From NCBI RefSeq assembly GCF_009914755.1, contig NC_060926.1: 64,000 bases of DNA. One strand, given 5' to 3'. This stretch comes from the human T2T-CHM13v2.0 reference genome, Homo sapiens. The position numbers and the translations under genes are program-made. Position 1 is the stretch's first letter; each line of letters opens with the position of its first letter. Below, piece by piece: positions 58,489 through 64,000 of the stretch. The notes under the pieces are model-generated. The model saw only the letters and a program-made list of their open reading frames with translations, searched no databases and was not told where the DNA came from.

Positions 58489-61072
58489 AATATTGGGAGC
58501 CTTTCATGTTACTTAAATTCTGCATTTAGTGGACATATTTGTAACCTTGTTATTTCATTTGCATTGGACTGTCTGCTCCCTGAGTGTAGGAACTGTCTTC
58601 TTTCTCTGTGAATGTGTGGGAGTCACCTAGGCAGACCTTAGTGTGGAGTGACGTCCAATCATGAAGAGGGAACAGCATTTGCAAACACACAAGAGAAAGC
58701 ATAGTTACTTTGATCCCTAAGAATAGTTTTACATGATCAAAGAATGTCATGTAAAAAGCTGGGTATTGGTAAATGGTAAATAATAAGGTACGGAATAGGG
58801 AATATAGGGTACTAGGATGATTGGTATAATAGGGTGAAGAGTAAATGAGTGCGTGTGGGTACCTAACAGTAAGTCTGAAGAAGTAAATGTAATAGAAGTG
58901 GAGGTAAAGGAAAATATTCAGTAAATACATGAAATACTCATTAAATAAACCTGATTTAGTAGTAGGAGAGGCATACCATGAGCCATAATTTCTGTTTTAG
59001 GTGAATAGTGGTGATATTCACTGATACAATTAACTTGTTTTGGAAACTATTCATTGAAAGAGGAACTAGTTTTTTATTTGTTTGTTTATCTCTTGTTGCC
59101 CTGTCACCTGTGGCCTTGACCTCCGAGTCCAAGTGGCAGCTGTTACAAGCAGTGAGAATCAGGCAGTGACAAAGAAGAAAAGACAAATAATGTGTGTGCA
59201 CTCTCCCTTGAGAAAGGTTTCAGTTTGCCTCATGAGTTTTAACACATATATAGACCTAAGCCCCTGGGCCAGTGTTTGGTCATGGCCCTGCCTATCTGCA
59301 AAGAAGACTGAGTCTAAAACACAATTTTTGTTCTTGGTGGCCACATGCAAAGCTAACAATTCTATTTCTGTAAAGGAAAAATGAAATGCATGTAGGGTAC
59401 AACTAGCAGTTGAGTTTAGTTAGAAGGTAGAAATTTGACAGTCATCAGCATTTAGGTAATAGTTGAAACTGTGGGTATGGATGATATTATCTTGGCATCA
59501 TACCTAAGTGAGAAGAAGGTGGTAGAAACAAAATTCTAGGCATTGACAAAGAAAGAACTCTAGAAAGAGCCAGAGACACAGAAGAACAAGGAAAGTGTCG
59601 TGTTCTAAAACCAAGGGAAGAGACATATTCAAAGAAATCAGAGGGCTTGCCATCATCAGCTATCACAAAGACTGTATAAGCCTTTCATTTAGCAGTCAGG
59701 AGAGCTTTATTAAATTGTCTTAACTTTAACAGCTTCGCTGGAATGACAGGCAGGGAAACTATGTACATTTCTAGATGTCATTGAAGGAGTAAAGTATCGG
59801 AAATGAGATTTTTAGGCTTCTTTTCCAAGAAACCTTGCTGTAAAAGGAAACATAACAAGGAACAAAAGGAAATGAATGAATGCTTTTTTCAAGCAAGGTG
59901 GGGGCTTGAATATGATTGTGCATTGAGAAGATGGTATGGGAAAAAAAAGAGACAGACAGACAGATAACAGAGGTGAATGTGATTTTCAGCCAAGCAGAGT
60001 GCATGCTGGATCTGTTGTCTATTCCCACCTTTTTCAGCTCATGGAGCCCAATATTCTAAGATAATGCAAATTGCTGAAGACAATCTTTCCCTACTCTCTA
60101 AGGATATATTGGCCCCAATGTCTAAGGTCAACATTAGCCAGATTGAGATTTTACAAAGAAATCTCAAGGTCCCAACCAACTTTTCCATATTTTTGGGCAA
60201 TATGATACCAGGCATAACATACCTCAGCCACAGGACAAAGGACTGGGAATAGAAAGATTCTTACAAGGAGAGTACACTTTCACCTTTGCCTGGGACAATG
60301 TTTGGTCTTTTCTGTCTTGCCATATGAACTCTTTCCTCAAGGAATTTTATCCACAAAGGCGTGGAAAATCTCTTTTGAAATCCTCGAAATACGAAGTGTC
60401 TCTCCCTCAGATGCCATACCACTCATCAATCTAGACCTCAGAGAGAACTAATGGGTTCAAAATTAGGCAAGAGTATCTAAGGAGTGTGTGCAAGTAGACT
60501 GTAGTGATCCTACATTTTTCTCCATCTTCTTCCTGAAATTATAGGAATTATATTCAAAGTCCAAGAAGCTTGTTGGGAGCATAGCCTTGTATGGGGCATC
60601 CCTATTGGAAAAAGGACATGAATATTTCCTCAGCGCACCACCAGGAAATTTAATATTATGAGGTACATAGCAACACAAAAAAATCTTCACTCACTACCTT
60701 CTGAATAATAGTAAAAAGAATATACTTTTTTATTTAGTAAAATGCAGAAATCATACATCTCTACAAATTTTACAACATGAGCACCTCTGTGTAACAAGAT
60801 CCTAGATCAAGAAACATAACATTGCCAGCACTTGGGAAAACTGCCTCGTACCCCCTTTCAGGAACTCCTTCTTTAGGGTTAACCAGTTTTTCTGTAGCCA
60901 GTATGCGAGTATCAACTTGTGGCATGTGAATGCCACAACTTAATATGTATTTAAGAAAATATGTTTAATAGAAAATAGGTTTAAAATGAAAATATGTATG
61001 TTTCCATATATAGAGAGAGATGGAAGAATATATATTTTCTTTTTTAAACTAATGCCATAGTTCAATTATTTA

Positions 61073-61220
61073 AGCCAGACAGCTAAAACTGCTTCTTTTT
61101 GTCCAAGTATATGGCTCACCCCTGTAACCCAGTACTCTTTGGAAGGCTGAGGCAGGAGGATGGCTTGAGTCCAGGAATTCAACACCAGCCTGGGCAACAT
61201 AGTGACACCCTGTCACTACA
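61073..61220 (+). mobile_element. FLAM/Alu monomer (degenerate)
   Basis: ggctcacccctgtaacccag...accagcctgggcaacatagtga. Confidence 0.75.
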
Positions 61221-61957
61221 CACCTTTTTCTGTTCATACTTCTATTTAACAAGTGATGCTGGACCATGATGTTCCCAGCATTTTATTTTTTAATTTCATC
61301 CTAAGATCTGCTCTTATCCCCCATTAAGAAGGATTGGTAGAATGTTCTCTTTCCTAATGACAGAAGTATGAAATAACTTGTTCATCAGGAGAGTTTATTA
61401 TTGATATTGTTAATATTTAAATACACATTCCATAAATTGGAATATTTTGTTGTACAGTCTGAGATTTAACACATGTATAGAATTACATTAACACACCTTC
61501 TCTCAGTATATAGAACAATTTCATAACCCCCAAAAGACTCCTTTATGCTAGCCCTTTGTAACCAATCTCTCCACTATACCTCTAATCCCTGATAACCACT
61601 AATCTATTTTATATCCCCATTGTCTTTTCCAGAATAACATATGAAGAAATTATATACTGTATTTAGTCTTTGGAGACTGGTTTCCTTTACTTAAGGAAAT
61701 GCCTTTGAGATTAAGCAAAGTTATGTCAATGATGTGTTTCATTTTATTGCTGAATAGTATTCTACCCCAAGAATGGACTACAGTAGTTTATTCATTTGTC
61801 CACTAAAGGCCATTTGAGCTGTGTCCAATTTTGGTGATTATGAATAGCTACTATTAACATTCATGTACAGGATTTTGTGTGAGTGTAAATTTTTTATCTA
61901 AATTTTTTTTTTAAGATCAGATAGTAAATATTTCACTCTTGACAGGTCTCATGTATT

Positions 61958-62261
61958 CTTTTTTTATTTTTATTTTTTTAGAAAAGGTCTTGCCCTGTCA
62001 CCCAGGCTGGAGTGCAGTGGCATAATCACAGCTCACTGCAGCCTTGATCTCCCTGGCTCAAGCAATTCTTCCATCTTAGCCTCCTGAGTAGCCAGGGCTA
62101 CAGGCGTGCACCACCACACCAGTCTCATTTTTTAACTTTTTGTAGAGATGAGGTTTCACTGTGTTGCCTAGTCTAATCTTGAACAAAGCTCAAGCAGTCC
62201 TTATTCCTTGGCCTTCCAAAGTGCTAGGATTACAGATGTGAGCTACTGCATCTTTCCAGGT
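61958..62261 (-). mobile_element. AluJ-like
   Basis: Antisense dimer. Confidence 0.88.
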
Positions 62262-62804
62262 CTCATATATTCTTTCTCTTCTTTTTTTCCTTTGTCTTCT
62301 CCTAGTTTTTCTTCTCCCATTTATAAATGTAAAAACATTCTTAGCTTTCAGGCCATACAAAAACAGGTCATGGGCTTGATTTGGAACTCAAACCACAGTT
62401 TGTCAAGTCGTTTTAGAATGCTATAAGTTGATTGCTGGATCATATTATAGGTATATTTTTAACTTTATAAGAAACTGGCAAACTTTTCCAGAGTGGCTGT
62501 ACCATTTTGCATTTTGCATTGCCACCAGTAATGTGTGGGAATGTCTGTTGTTCCCCATATTCACCCCCAGTTGGTATTACCAGTTTTTTGTTGTTTTGTT
62601 TTTTAGTCACATATGTTTGTATAAGTATCTTATTTTGGTATTTATATGCATGTTCCTAATGGCTAATGAACTTAAGCATTAAACATTTCATAAGCTTATG
62701 TACCATCCATGCTCTAGAGAAATGTCTGCTCAAATATTTTGACTACTTTTTTTTAATTGGATTTTTTGTTTTTTAATTGTTGAGTTTTGTTTTTTGGGGA
62801 TTTT

Positions 62805-63052
62805 GGAGCTTTTTGTTTTTTTGTTTTTTGTTTTTTTAAAGAGACAAAGTCTTGTTTCGTTAGCCAGGCTGGAGTGAAGTGGTACAATCATAGCTCACTG
62901 CATCCTTGACCTTCTTGGGCTCAAGCAAATCTCCTGCTAATTTTAACAGACAGGGTCTCGCTTTGTTGCCCAGACTGGTCTTGAACTCCTGACTTTAAGA
63001 TATCCTCCCACTTTGACCTCCCAAGGTGCTAAGATAACAGGCGTGAGTCATG
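62805..63052 (-). mobile_element. AluJ-like, internally deleted
   Basis: Antisense Alu lacking its central part. Confidence 0.8.
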
Positions 63053-64000
63053 TTTTCAGTTTTAAGAGTTCTTTATGCATTTCAGCGTACAAGTTGTTTG
63101 TTGAATCAATGATATGAAAATATTTTCTCACAGTCTGTAGCTATCTTTTTATTCTCTTATTAGCGTCTATCACAGAACACAAGATTTTAACTTTGAGGAT
63201 GCACAGTATATTTATTTTTTCTTTTATGGATTGTGCTTTAGTTACCATGTCTAAAACCTCCTCATCTAACCATCAGTCTTAAAGACTTCTTTCGCCCATA
63301 ATTTATTTAGAAGTGTGTTGTTTAATTTCCAAGTATTTGAACATTTCCCAGTTTTCTTTTTATTACTGATTTGTAGTTTAATTGTATTGTGGTTAGAAAA
63401 CATTTGTTAAGGTTTGTTTTTGACCCAGGACAATGGTCTGTCTTAATGACTCTCCATGTGCATTTAAAATAATATTTATTCTGCAGCTGTTTGCTGGAGT
63501 GTTCTTTAAAAGCCAGTTACATTCATTTGGTTCCTGGCGTTTTTCAGTTCTGGGGATTATTTGTCTGCTAATAAAATGTAGACCTAGTTCCTCAGAGGAC
63601 CCTGGTCACAGATTTATGGACATAATCATAAATCCCACTTAAGCACTGTTCCAAATTGCTGAAACTCAATTCAATATTACCAGCAACTGTAACAACACAA
63701 CAAATAAATCACATTAGTACCACAATTATTAAGATTGGGAAAGATTTATAATTAGACAGTTGTCACCCAACAAATTCATATTAGATGCTTATATTTTTCT
63801 TGGTAATACCAGAGATCCAAATAATCAAAGCACAAATGAAACAAACACAGCTGAAATCTTTATGCTTTCTATTACTACTTATAATACAATCAGCAACAAT
63901 TTCAGGTTCACCAATCTGCAGAAACATTGTATATCTTTAGGGATGTGCTTTTCTTCTTTTTCCTTAAATTTTTGGTTAAAAAAAAATAAGCAACACTTAA

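Larger units (their letters stand above)
61400..63550 (-). mobile_element. Old L1M fragments interrupted by two Alus
   Basis: attgctgaatagtattc; attgctggatcat; aactggcaaacttttccagagtggctgtaccattttgcat. Confidence 0.75.

Overview
Primate (human or a very close relative) genomic DNA, rich in repeats, covering about 44 kb upstream of and the 5' end of the kynureninase gene KYNU (+ strand; 2q22 in human). Visible gene parts are a TATA-containing promoter (~43820-43920), non-coding exon 1 (~43920-44030), a probable optional 5'UTR exon (47639-47724) and exon 2 (51633-51820) with the start codon ([29 protein letters not shown]...). The rest is intron 2; exon 3 lies beyond the window. About 20-23 kb upstream is a decayed processed pseudogene of RRN3/TIF-IA. 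The remainder is Alu, L1, L2/MIR, LTR and DNA-transposon fossils; nearly all other ORFs in the track are repeat-derived or chance. I found no new multi-gene system. The most unusual signals are: a 158-bp near-perfect inverted duplication ending ~95 nt before the exon 2 acceptor; a strong-Kozak uORF supplied by the optional 5'UTR exon; several local templated duplications and fold-backs; and clusters of immune transcription-factor motifs. Repeat family names and boundaries were assigned by eye and are approximate.
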